Positions 1-7,429 of a stretch of 12,549 nucleotides of DNA are shown here, one piece after another. This DNA comes from an uncultured Cytophagia bacterium (GTDB lineage: Bacteria; Zhuqueibacterota; Zhuqueibacteria; Residuimicrobiales; Oceaniaggregativiventaceae). The DNA lies in assembly GCA_964413725.1 (NCBI GenBank), contig CAYPUH010000004.1, forward strand, positions 27,347-39,895, given 5' to 3'. The position numbers were made by a program, and so were the translations under genes. The notes beneath the pieces were generated by a model. That model searched no databases. It had not been told where the DNA came from and saw only the letters and a program-made list of their open reading frames with translations. How positions within the stretch are numbered: the first letter of the stretch is position 1; every line of letters begins with the position of its first letter.

Positions 1-1
1 G

Positions 2-676
2 TCCTATAAAAGTATTCAACAAGGTCGTCAGGGGTACTATCTCTCGGCTATCAAACTCGGCGCCCAGGCCATCGACAAGATGAAGATCGTCGCCAAAAGT
101 CACCCTGACTTTTGTGATCCCCATGTTGCCATCGGCACGTTTCTTTATTGGAAAAGCCGACTGGTTCGACTATTTTCCTGGCTGCCTTTTGTTTCAGATC
201 AACGCAAAGGGGGCATTGAACAGATCCGGGACTCGATACCGTGTTCTATTGTTTCCAGGTGGGCGGGATTATCGAATCTATCGTGGATATATATCCACGA
301 AAAAAACTATAATATGGCCATTTCCACAGCTCTGGACGGACTTGAAACATTCCCGGAAAGTCGCTTTTTTTTATGGCCCCTTGCAGAAGCTCAATTCCGC
401 AAAGGCAATTATCAGAGAGCCCGGACTTCATTTCATAGAATCCTGATGTCTCTGGCCACCGAATCGCCGAACAATCACTATAATGAAATTGTTTTGTATT
501 GGAAGCTGGCCCAGTGCCATCATCATCTGGGAGATGAAGATAAAACGCGCATGGCACTTTACAACCTGGTCGCACTGAAACCCGCCCCCGCCGTCAGGAA
601 ACGGGCACAGGAAAAACAGGAAAAAGCCCAAAAGTGGCTGGATGAACTCGAAGACAAACTGTATTATGGGGAATGA
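2..676 (+). CDS. TPR-like helical-repeat protein, C-terminal part (5' end lies upstream of the window)
   Basis: The reading frame is open from base 2: SYKSIQQGRQGYYLSAIKLGAQAIDK precedes the first ATG at 80. Stop is TGA at 674-676. The sequence is helix-rich with TPR-like spacing (FLWPLAEAQFRKGNYQRARTSFHRIL; VLYWKLAQCHHHLGDEDKTRMALYNLVAL). It ends in a charged tail (KRAQEKQEKAQKWLDELEDKL). The family call is by eye only. Confidence 0.55.
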   Translation, partial: SYKSIQQGRQGYYLSAIKLGAQAIDKMKIVAKSHPDFCDPHVAIGTFLYWKSRLVRLFSWLPFVSDQRKGGIEQIRDSIPCSIVSRWAGLSNLSWIYIHEKNYNMAISTALDGLETFPESRFFLWPLAEAQFRKGNYQRARTSFHRILMSLATESPNNHYNEIVLYWKLAQCHHHLGDEDKTRMALYNLVALKPAPAVRKRAQEKQEKAQKWLDELEDKLYYGE

Positions 677-1143
677 TGTCTCGCCCCCAATCGTCTGAAA
701 CAAAACAGCGTCACCTCTGTTACTGCGATCACCAAAATCCAGACATGGATATACTCCAGAGGTGTTTCGGGCCAGAACCAACCAAGTTCCGGCGAGGACC
801 AGGAAAATGGGAAAAACCAGAAATAAGAAGTTCCAATATGTCGCTGCATGGCATCGAGGGCAAAGTGCAGGGCGGATCCCAACAACAGGGCTGTTCGAAT
901 CTGATGCCGCAAACGTTGCTGGAACGCCTCTGCAATCAAAAAACATGCAACAATGACGAAAAGCGGGGTATGAGTCGCGACCGTCGCCGTGGTCAATGAG
1001 GGAAATACGATATACACCGGTCTGGACAACAGGTCCGGAAGCAGGGAACCCAGATAAAAGACAACACGAATATGGGGAGGCTTGACAAAGCGCACAAAAG
1101 CCCATGCTGCTGCGGTATGTGTGACCAGATCCGGCATTCTCAT
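664..1143 (-). CDS. YdjM/DUF457-family membrane-bound metal-dependent hydrolase (putative)
   Basis: 159-aa ORF with ATG at 1143-1141. Polytopic hydrophobic protein carrying the spaced His/Asp motifs I associate with the YdjM family: N-terminal MPDLVTHT, LLPDL, ATHTPL, and GSALHFALDAM. Its ATG overlaps the stop of the upstream gene (ATGA at 1143-1140). The competing 247-aa ORF 428..1171 in another frame looks non-protein-like. Confidence 0.65.
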   Translation of the reverse strand: MRMPDLVTHTAAAWAFVRFVKPPHIRVVFYLGSLLPDLLSRPVYIVFPSLTTATVATHTPLFVIVACFLIAEAFQQRLRHQIRTALLLGSALHFALDAMQRHIGTSYFWFFPFSWSSPELGWFWPETPLEYIHVWILVIAVTEVTLFCFRRLGARHHSP

Positions 1144-1577
1144 CGCCTTTCAATTTGCCGGTTTGATCCATTCCATTTGTAATGCAATACCAGGAGCCCC
1201 CCTACACCGATCACCGGAATCAGAGAAAACCAGATCTTTTCGCGTCGGTTGTGTAGAATACGATATTTCTTCAATTCGATCCACCCCTCTTGATGGAAAA
1301 TACCGCGAACGGTTATATACTCGCCCGGTGTTAAGGGAGGAGTGTTTCCCTGCACCGGGATCAAATCATTCAGGTATTGGATAACGAACCCGGTATCTGA
1401 AAGAGCATGGACAATGGACCCGGCACCGACCTGAACCGTCCGGCCATCATACTGGCTCGGGGCCTCGAGACAATCGTTCAGTGTGGTAAAGGGAAACATG
1501 ACATATCCATAAGCAAGGAGAATCGATTCCAGAAGCAACAGCATCAGGATTCGAAAAAATCGATTTTGAAAAACCAT
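1140..1577 (-). CDS. Hypothetical bitopic membrane protein (N- and C-terminal TM helices flanking a ~85-aa beta-rich domain)
   Basis: 145-aa ORF with ATG at 1577-1575, 11 nt after the IMPase stop. Hydrophobic helix 1 is FFRILMLLLLESILLAYGYVMF and helix 2 is IWFSLIPVIGVGGLLVLHY. The middle segment (DGRTVQVGAGSIVHALSDTGFVIQYLNDLIPVQGNTPPLTPGEYITVRGIFHQEGWIE) looks like a small beta/OB-type domain. I recognise no family. Confidence 0.6.
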   Translation of the reverse strand: MVFQNRFFRILMLLLLESILLAYGYVMFPFTTLNDCLEAPSQYDGRTVQVGAGSIVHALSDTGFVIQYLNDLIPVQGNTPPLTPGEYITVRGIFHQEGWIELKKYRILHNRREKIWFSLIPVIGVGGLLVLHYKWNGSNRQIERR

Positions 1578-1588
1578 ATCAGACGACC

Positions 1589-2362
1589 CTAAAAATGTCT
1601 GGTCACAGTCTGCAACAACAGCGACAACAGATTTGAATTCGCGGCAACAACGTCCCCTGTCCAGATAGCCTGATTGGTTCCGGAAAAATCACGGACCAGG
1701 CCTCCCGCCTCTTGGATGATCAGGGCCCCGGCGGCCACATCCCACGGTGCCAATCCGACCTCCCAAAACCCGTCAGCACGGCCACAAGCGACCTGACACA
1801 AGTCCAGGGCCGCAGACCCCAACCGACGAATCCCGCTAACCTGGTGAAACAAATCAGAAAACGTCTTTTGATAATTTTCCAACAGACATTTGGACCGGAA
1901 GGGAAATCCCGTTACCAGCAAGGCCTGTGCAGGATCGGAGACATCGCTCACCCCGATCGGATGCCCGTTCAATGTGGCTCCCTTGTCTTTTTCCCCCACA
2001 TAGAGATCATCACGACTGGGATCAAACACCACTCCCAAAACCATTTCCCCTTCATATTCCACGCCGATAGAGACTGAAAAAACCGGATACCCGTGGATAA
2101 AATTGGTTGTGCCATCGAGCGGATCAATAATCCACCGATAGCCTCCCGGCTCCTGCTTAACCGATTCTTCAGCGTAAATCCGATGCGAGGGGAACGATGA
2201 ACGAACCACCTCGATGATCTTTTCTTCAGACGCCTTGTCGGCATGTGTCACAAAGTCGAATGTTTGTTTATGCGTCACCTGTTCGTGTTCAATGGTCCCG
2301 ACAGTATCCATCAAAATCGAACCCGCTTCCCGCGCAGCCGTGACCGCCACCTCTTTGATCAT
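1589..2362 (-). CDS. suhB: Inositol monophosphatase family protein (SuhB/IMPase-like)
   Basis: 257 aa. IMPase signatures WIIDPLDGTTNFIHGYP and the C-terminal AALDLCQVACGRADGFWE block are present. ATG at 2362-2360 overlaps the mutS2 stop (ATGA). Confidence 0.9.
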   Translation of the reverse strand: MIKEVAVTAAREAGSILMDTVGTIEHEQVTHKQTFDFVTHADKASEEKIIEVVRSSFPSHRIYAEESVKQEPGGYRWIIDPLDGTTNFIHGYPVFSVSIGVEYEGEMVLGVVFDPSRDDLYVGEKDKGATLNGHPIGVSDVSDPAQALLVTGFPFRSKCLLENYQKTFSDLFHQVSGIRRLGSAALDLCQVACGRADGFWEVGLAPWDVAAGALIIQEAGGLVRDFSGTNQAIWTGDVVAANSNLLSLLLQTVTRHF

Positions 2363-4755
2363 GTTTCAGTACTCCTATTTTGTTTGGTACGGGAAAACTC
2401 TACGACCGTCACACCTGTCCCCCCTTCATTCCAGTTCCCCAATCGCGTGTTCTGAACCCGGGGATGATTCTCAAGAAACTCGCCGACATATTGGCGAAGG
2501 GTACCGGTTCCCTTGCCATGAATAATACGTACCTGCTGGAATCCTGCCAGAAGAGCATCATCGATAAACTTGTCCACCCTCTCGGTGGCCTCGTCCACCG
2601 TCATTCCCCTCAGATCGATCTCATTGCGATAATCCCCCGAGCGTTCCAGGTCAACTTTAACAAATCGTTTCCGTTTTGGGGCGGGTGAAACACCTGTATG
2701 GCTTAATTCCTTTACCGGAACCTTGAATTTTGCGGTGGGGGTCTGAAGCATCACACGTCCCTGTTTGTCGACACCAGAGACCACGGTTCCATCGTAACCA
2801 AAGGGCATCCAGCGGACCCGATCACCACGATTGACAGGCCGGTCGGATTTTTCTTCCTCCGCCTCCTGAAAAGAGTTCTGCAACGATTCAATTTGCTTTC
2901 GGGCGGCATCCATCTCGGATTTGGCGTTCCGAATGCTCTCTTTGGAGGCTCCCTGTTCTTTAAGCTCTCGAACGGTTCGTTCTATTGTGGCATTGGCATC
3001 TTTAAGGATTTGTTCCGCTTCGGCAGCCGCCTGCTTTTTGAGTTTCTTTTCATGCGTTTTCAACTCTTCGGATCGTTCGCCATATAGCTTGGTCAATCCA
3101 CGCAACTCACTCTCCTTGATAGAGGCCTCTCTGGTGAGTTTTTTATAGTGGATCAGTTTGTCTTCCAGCTCCAACAACAGTCGCTCAAAACGATCCTTGT
3201 GGGACCCTACAATCGTACGGGCCTGCTCGATTATATGATCGTCCAGGCCGAGTCGGTGGGCAATTTCAAACGCATAACTCGAACCCGGGATACCCTCACG
3301 CAGATGATACGTGGGTTCCAGCGTTTCAACATCAAATTCCATAGAGGCATTATCGATATCAGGATGATCAAACGCAAAGGCTTTCAGACTACCCTGATGT
3401 GTGGTGACAACGCTGAGACAGGAACGACGCGTCAGGGTATCCAATACCGACATCGCCAGAGCGGCACCCTCATCAGGATCGGTGCCGGATCCGATCTCAT
3501 CGATCAGTGCCAAGCTCTTGCCATCAGCCCGATCGGTGATATCTTGAAGCCTCGAAAGGTGCGAAGAAAAAGTCGAGAGATCGTTTTCAATGGATTGTTG
3601 GTCACCGATGGCTGCAAACACGGCATCCAGATGCCCCACCCTCGAGTGAGGCAAAGCGGGAATATGCATGCCACTCCGGGCCATTAAAACCAAAAGTCCG
3701 ATGGTTTTCAGGGCTACGGTCTTTCCGCCCGCGTTGGGTCCGCTGATAATCAAACATTTTTTCTCCTCGCCCAGAGAGACATCCAACGGGACGACCTTTT
3801 TCTCTCCCAATCGCAACAGCAACAGAGGGTGACGACCCTGAAACAATGAAATTTCCGGTGTGCTAGAGAGTTCAGGGCTGTGAGCATTCAGGCGCTTTGA
3901 AAAGAGTGCCTTGGCATAGACCAGCTCAAACTGTTTTAACAGATCCACATTGTTACGCAATCCGTCCAAATCGGTTCTGGCGCGGTCGGACAAATCCGCC
4001 AGTATTCTCTGAACCTCCTGCGACTCTTCGGCATAGAGTTCACGAATTCGATTGTTGTCTTCGACCGTTTCAAGCGGTTCAATAAAATAGCTTGAGCCAC
4101 TGGCAGACCGATCGTGGACCAATCCTTTAATTTTTCGCTTATATTCCTCCTTGACCACCAACACCAGACGCCCGTCGCGCACAGATATGATATTTTCCTG
4201 CAACATACCCTGAGTTCCAAGGCGAGTGAGCATGGATTCGATACGACGACGGGCTTTGTGTTCAGCATCGCTTATCTGTTTCCGAATCGAGGCCAGCTTG
4301 GGTGTGGCAGAATCCCTGACATCACCGCTATCGCAATCGATACAGCGGTTGATTTCTTTTTCAAGTGAAGAGAGGACGATCCAGCCTAACGTGATTCGTT
4401 TGAGTTGAGGTATCTTTTCCTTTCGGCTGGAAAAATAAGATAAAAGTCTGCGGATCCCGACCATGGTATGATACAAAGGCAACCAATCCTGAGCAGGAAG
4501 CACACTGTTGCTGACGGCGAGTCGTTTGAGCAATGGCCGGATATCATAGAGACCATCAACGGAAAACGGTTGATCAAACTCGATCAAATCACGGAGCTCT
4601 GTGGTTTGATCCAGAGCCGTACGGATCTGGTCATCCTCGCCCAAAGGCTCCAGTACACTGGCAGCCTCGTGTCCCATGGGTGAGATAGCATAGTCACCAA
4701 GAACCTGCAGGATCTTGTCAAATTCGAGCGTCGTAAATGTTGATTCCACAAGCAA
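2359..4755 (-). CDS. mutS2: Endonuclease MutS2 (MutS-family ATPase with C-terminal Smr domain)
   Basis: 798 aa. It has Walker A GPNAGGKT, the MutS motif LIDEIGSGTDPDEGAAL, and a long coiled-coil (KKLTREASIKESEL...QEAEEEKSD). The C-terminal Smr domain is IDLRGMTVDEATERVDKFIDDALLAGFQQVRIIHGKGTGTLRQ. The start codon at 4755-4753 is TTG, immediately after an in-frame TGA. GTG at 4749 is the only nearby alternative. Confidence 0.95.
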   Translation of the reverse strand: MLVESTFTTLEFDKILQVLGDYAISPMGHEAASVLEPLGEDDQIRTALDQTTELRDLIEFDQPFSVDGLYDIRPLLKRLAVSNSVLPAQDWLPLYHTMVGIRRLLSYFSSRKEKIPQLKRITLGWIVLSSLEKEINRCIDCDSGDVRDSATPKLASIRKQISDAEHKARRRIESMLTRLGTQGMLQENIISVRDGRLVLVVKEEYKRKIKGLVHDRSASGSSYFIEPLETVEDNNRIRELYAEESQEVQRILADLSDRARTDLDGLRNNVDLLKQFELVYAKALFSKRLNAHSPELSSTPEISLFQGRHPLLLLRLGEKKVVPLDVSLGEEKKCLIISGPNAGGKTVALKTIGLLVLMARSGMHIPALPHSRVGHLDAVFAAIGDQQSIENDLSTFSSHLSRLQDITDRADGKSLALIDEIGSGTDPDEGAALAMSVLDTLTRRSCLSVVTTHQGSLKAFAFDHPDIDNASMEFDVETLEPTYHLREGIPGSSYAFEIAHRLGLDDHIIEQARTIVGSHKDRFERLLLELEDKLIHYKKLTREASIKESELRGLTKLYGERSEELKTHEKKLKKQAAAEAEQILKDANATIERTVRELKEQGASKESIRNAKSEMDAARKQIESLQNSFQEAEEEKSDRPVNRGDRVRWMPFGYDGTVVSGVDKQGRVMLQTPTAKFKVPVKELSHTGVSPAPKRKRFVKVDLERSGDYRNEIDLRGMTVDEATERVDKFIDDALLAGFQQVRIIHGKGTGTLRQYVGEFLENHPRVQNTRLGNWNEGGTGVTVVEFSRTKQNRSTET

Positions 4756-4796
4756 TCACAAAGGTTAAGAGTTGTTGGACAGAAATTTCCCGGGGT

Positions 4797-5393
4797 TTAA
4801 GTGCTGGAAGGGGGGGAGGACTCGGATTCTTCCAGTTTCTCTAGCGACTGATCGAGGGGTTCTTTGATTTCAGGTACCATCCTGATAACCCAGTCCACCA
4901 TGACCTGAGCGAATTTAGTCATATGTCCGAACAATACCGAATGATGTTCCAAAGCCTTGATGTTCTCATTCAAAGGCAGTACATAAATCGAAAGGGTAAT
5001 AATACTGATAAAAAACGCACCTTTTATAAAACCAAAAAGCGCACCGACCAGTTTATTGAGCGAATTTTGCAGATCCTGCCCGAACATACGCTGAAACAAT
5101 TGACTAAAGACCTGAAAGAGAACTCGCACACCGATCAAAACCGCGGCAGCGCCAAGAATGGAGGCCAAAGTGGGAGGCAAAGACGTTACTCGGGCCAGTA
5201 CGAGACGAGCGATCAAGCTTCCGAATTTGATGGCCATCAGAATGGCAACAATCCATCCGGTCAATCCCAATAATTCCTCAATCATTCCCCGTTTGGCACC
5301 GATGAACACAAACAACACGAGTGCCGCGAGAATCAGCAAATCAACAGGATTCATGATATTCCGATTATCCTTTCCGGACACCCCATGAATCAT
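4797..5393 (-). CDS. cvpA: CvpA (colicin V production) family membrane protein
   Basis: Four hydrophobic helices with the CvpA-like N-terminus NPVDLLILAALVLFVFIGAKRGMIEELLGLTGWIVAILMA. The start is ambiguous. ATG 5393 has GAGGG 3-4 nt upstream. The internal ATG 5354 (MNPVDLL...) would give the short pre-TM N-terminus typical of the family. Confidence 0.85.
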   Translation of the reverse strand: MIHGVSGKDNRNIMNPVDLLILAALVLFVFIGAKRGMIEELLGLTGWIVAILMAIKFGSLIARLVLARVTSLPPTLASILGAAAVLIGVRVLFQVFSQLFQRMFGQDLQNSLNKLVGALFGFIKGAFFISIITLSIYVLPLNENIKALEHHSVLFGHMTKFAQVMVDWVIRMVPEIKEPLDQSLEKLEESESSPPSST

Positions 5394-5470
5394 AGTCCCT
5401 CAATGTACTTTGGCACAGATTCGGTAGCGGGTGCCCACGGCAAACGTCAAAAACATACCTGGTGTAAATG

Positions 5471-5510
5471 AAAAAAGTGAACGGGTTGGTGACATCACCT
5501 TCCCATCCAC
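5471..5510 (-). terminator. Rho-independent terminator downstream of yqeY
   Basis: Minus-strand sequence: GTGGATGGG-AA-GGTG-ATGT-CACC-AA-CCCGTTCAC-TTTTTT. The outer stem is 9 bp (2 G.U pairs), followed by a 2x2 internal loop and a 4-bp inner stem with a tetraloop. A T6 run follows (TTTTTTCATTT). The hairpin begins 29 nt after the yqeY stop. Confidence 0.6.
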
Positions 5511-5539
5511 TTTAAACAGTAGTCGATTGGTGTAAAGAT

Positions 5540-5983
5540 TCAACTCAACTTTTTCTTTACCAACTCACTGATCGTTTTGCCATCAGCCCTGCCCTTGGCC
5601 TTTTTAATCACAACAGGCATCACCTTTCCCATATCTTTCATCGTCAGGGCGTCCAACTCATCGATGGCGTCTTCTACCATCTTTTCCAGTTCGTCACTGG
5701 AAAGTGGTTGGGGAAGATAGGTCAGTATAACGTTCAGTTCCTTCTGTTCCTTTTCGGCGAGGTCTGTACGTCCTGCTGACTCGTATGCTTGTATGGATTC
5801 ACGGCGTTTTTTGGCAGCACTGTTCAGGATGGCCATCTCCTCATCTTCAGAGAGATCCTCCTGCTTGTCGATGGCTGCATTTTTCATCATGCCGCGCAAA
5901 AGGCGGATAGCGGAAAGACGGTCCTTTTCACCTGCTTTAAGGGCCGTTTTCATATCTTCAGTGAGTTTGTCAAAAATTGTCAT
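5540..5983 (-). CDS. yqeY: GatB/YqeY domain-containing protein
   Basis: 147 aa. Characteristic YqeY N-terminus (LTEDMKTALKAGEKDRLSAIRLLRGMMKNAAIDK) and C-terminal block (MKDMGKVMPVVIKKAKGRADGKTISELVKKKL). It lies directly downstream of rpsU, a widely conserved pairing. Confidence 0.9.
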   Translation of the reverse strand: MTIFDKLTEDMKTALKAGEKDRLSAIRLLRGMMKNAAIDKQEDLSEDEEMAILNSAAKKRRESIQAYESAGRTDLAEKEQKELNVILTYLPQPLSSDELEKMVEDAIDELDALTMKDMGKVMPVVIKKAKGRADGKTISELVKKKLS

Positions 5984-6014
5984 GGCGTTCTCTATTGGCT
6001 ACACTCGATCGCAT

Positions 6015-6212
6015 CTAGCGATTCTCCATCGCCTGCAATTTACGCATTTTGCGTCGTGCCGCTGCCAACTTGCGTTTACGTTTTTCACTGGGTTTTTCAA
6101 AATGTTGATGTTTCTTGATATCGGACATCAACCCAGCTTTTTCACAGGACTTCATGAACCGTTTCAAAGCCTTTTCAAAGGGTTCATTTTCCCGTACACG
6201 AACTCCAGGCAT
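6015..6212 (-). CDS. rpsU: 30S ribosomal protein S21
   Basis: 65 aa, very basic. The N-terminus is canonical for S21: [28 protein letters not shown]...[16 protein letters not shown]. Confidence 0.95.
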   Translation of the reverse strand: MPGVRVRENEPFEKALKRFMKSCEKAGLMSDIKKHQHFEKPSEKRKRKLAAARRKMRKLQAMENR

Positions 6213-6222
6213 TAAAGAATCA

Positions 6223-6230
6223 ACCTCCTT
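6223..6230 (-). promoter_or_regulatory. Shine-Dalgarno site of rpsU
   Basis: The minus strand reads GGAAGGAGGTTGATTCTTTAATG. AAGGAGGT lies 10 nt upstream of the rpsU ATG. Confidence 0.65.
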
Positions 6231-6262
6231 CCAGTGTTAAGGGTTATGTAATTTCAAACTCT

Positions 6263-6291
6263 AATCTAAATAAATTTTTCTTCAAATGCAA
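6263..6291 (-). promoter_or_regulatory. Candidate sigma70-type promoter for rpsU-yqeY
   Basis: The minus strand has TTGCAT (6291-6286), a 17-nt A/T-rich spacer, then TAGATT (6268-6263). It sits in the 101-nt HIT-rpsU gap, about 45-50 nt upstream of the rpsU ATG. This is a hexamer match by eye only. Confidence 0.35.
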
Positions 6292-6313
6292 GGAATTTCC
6301 AGAGTTGTGATCA

Positions 6314-6655
6314 TTAACCCGGAGGCCACTGCATAAACCGTCCTCCCAAAAGATGAAGATGGACATGAAAGACGGTCTGTCCGCCCTGTGCGTTGCAATT
6401 GGCAACAATACGGTACCCATCATCGGCGATACCCCGCTCTCGGGCAATGTCTTTAGCCGTCAATATCAACTCTCCCATCAGACCCGCCTGGTCCGGTGTC
6501 AGCTCGTTCAACGATTCGATATGATTTCGGGGAATCACCAGAATATGTGTCGGAGCCTGTGGATTCACATCTTCAAAAGCCAAAACCGTGTCGTTTTCAT
6601 AAACAATTTTGGAAGGGATCTCTCCATTCGCAATCTGACAAAATAGACACGCCAT
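6314..6655 (-). CDS. HIT (histidine triad) family nucleotide hydrolase
   Basis: 113 aa. N-terminal CLFCQIANGEIP and the histidine triad GGQTVFHVHLHLLGG are present. A good SD (GAGGAGG) lies 4 nt upstream of the ATG. Confidence 0.9.
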   Translation of the reverse strand: MACLFCQIANGEIPSKIVYENDTVLAFEDVNPQAPTHILVIPRNHIESLNELTPDQAGLMGELILTAKDIARERGIADDGYRIVANCNAQGGQTVFHVHLHLLGGRFMQWPPG

Positions 6656-6694
6656 ACATCCTCCTCTGTATTTAATCCTCCAAACCCGGGTGGT

Positions 6695-7429
6695 TTAGCT
6701 CAAATCGCCGACGGCGGACAAAAGTTTAACGGCACCAACCAATCCGGCCGTATCACTGCGCAATCGTCTATCCCCCATTCGCAATAGGTTAGAACCTTGT
6801 TCAATAGCGAGCGTCACTTCTTGCTCACTGAATCCACCCTCGGGTCCCACAATCAGCACTGCACGGGATTGATGTTCCAAAAGGGTGATGAGGCTATCGG
6901 GACGGGCTCCCAGATCATGGTCATGCGCGATAAACAACTCACCCTCCTGGGGTGTTGTGACAAAATTGTCAAAGGATTGGGGTTCGGCGATTTCCGGACA
7001 TCGCGACCGCGTACTTTGTTTCATCGCTGCGAGCGCTTTTTTTTCCCAGCGTCCCCGTCGTCCACGGGCCACCACAGATCGCTGCGTTATCAATGGTACA
7101 AATCGAGAAATTCCAATCTCTGTCCCCTTTTCAACGACCCAGTCAAATCCATTGCCCTTTAACATCGCTTGAGCCAATGTAAGATGCAGCCCCGGCTCAT
7201 GAACCATAAAGGACTCTCGCTCGATCGCCACCGTTACACACATTTCATCGATCTTCAGGATCGGCCCTTCATAAAGCCCTCCCTGCCCATCCACAGCATG
7301 GAGCCAGTCTCCCACTCTCTTTCGCATGACGCGATGAATATGCTTTGCCTCATCTCCTTTAATCCAAAACCGATCGGAGCTCAGATGGTCGGGCTCGATA
7401 TAGTACTGTTCCCAGTGTCCTGTAATCAA
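6695..7429 (-). CDS. rsmE: 16S rRNA (uracil1498-N3)-methyltransferase RsmE
   Basis: RsmE-like N-terminus (YYIEPDHL...IKGDEAKHIHRVMRKRVGD) and the C-terminal SPOUT block LIVGPEGGFSEQEV...LGDRRLRSDTA. The 342-aa track ORF (to 7723) has no plausible ATG near the conserved N-terminus. I call TTG at 7429-7427, with GGAG 7 nt upstream (7440-7437). This gives 244 aa, and TTGA overlaps the stop of the upstream barrel gene. Confidence 0.85.
   Translation of the reverse strand: MITGHWEQYYIEPDHLSSDRFWIKGDEAKHIHRVMRKRVGDWLHAVDGQGGLYEGPILKIDEMCVTVAIERESFMVHEPGLHLTLAQAMLKGNGFDWVVEKGTEIGISRFVPLITQRSVVARGRRGRWEKKALAAMKQSTRSRCPEIAEPQSFDNFVTTPQEGELFIAHDHDLGARPDSLITLLEHQSRAVLIVGPEGGFSEQEVTLAIEQGSNLLRMGDRRLRSDTAGLVGAVKLLSAVGDLS

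Noticed and set aside
608-625. A tandem direct repeat CAGGAAAAA x2.
   Set aside because: It has only two copies, is in frame and encodes QEKQEK in a charged tail. This is trivial codon-level repetition, not a repeat element.
893-901. GTTCGAATC on the plus strand, resembling a tRNA T-loop.
   Set aside because: The flanking bases (GGCTG / CTGAT) do not form a 5-bp T-stem. No acceptor or anticodon arms can be drawn, and the site lies inside a coding region.
428-1171. A 247-aa minus-strand ORF spanning the convergent junction, longer than the 159-aa gene it overlaps.
   Set aside because: The translation is Cys/Gly/Pro-rich and low in complexity (for example FPDGGGGFQCDQ, CCLLSGFPASGP). It has no recognisable motif and is antisense to or out of frame with two ORFs that do have protein-like sequence and coupling signals. 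It is most likely a chance open frame.
3148-3687. A 179-aa plus-strand ORF antisense to mutS2, along with many other 60-125-aa antisense ORFs across the window (for example 1712..2077, 7169..7564, 9140..9511, 10114..10491).
   Set aside because: All lie fully inside strongly supported genes on the opposite strand. They are Arg/Gly/Ser/Cys-rich in the way typical of antisense frames, and none has an SD or a recognisable motif.
5394-5470. A possible structured leader or riboswitch upstream of cvpA.
   Set aside because: Only a 5-bp GGCAC/GTGCC pairing with a 14-nt loop can be drawn, and no conserved riboswitch core is recognisable. There is not enough evidence.
5468-5515. A 15-codon plus-strand mini-ORF (MKKVNGLVTSPSHPL) in the yqeY-cvpA gap.
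   Set aside because: It coincides exactly with the minus-strand terminator hairpin and its A-run. It has no SD and is opposite to all local transcription, so the terminator explains the sequence better.
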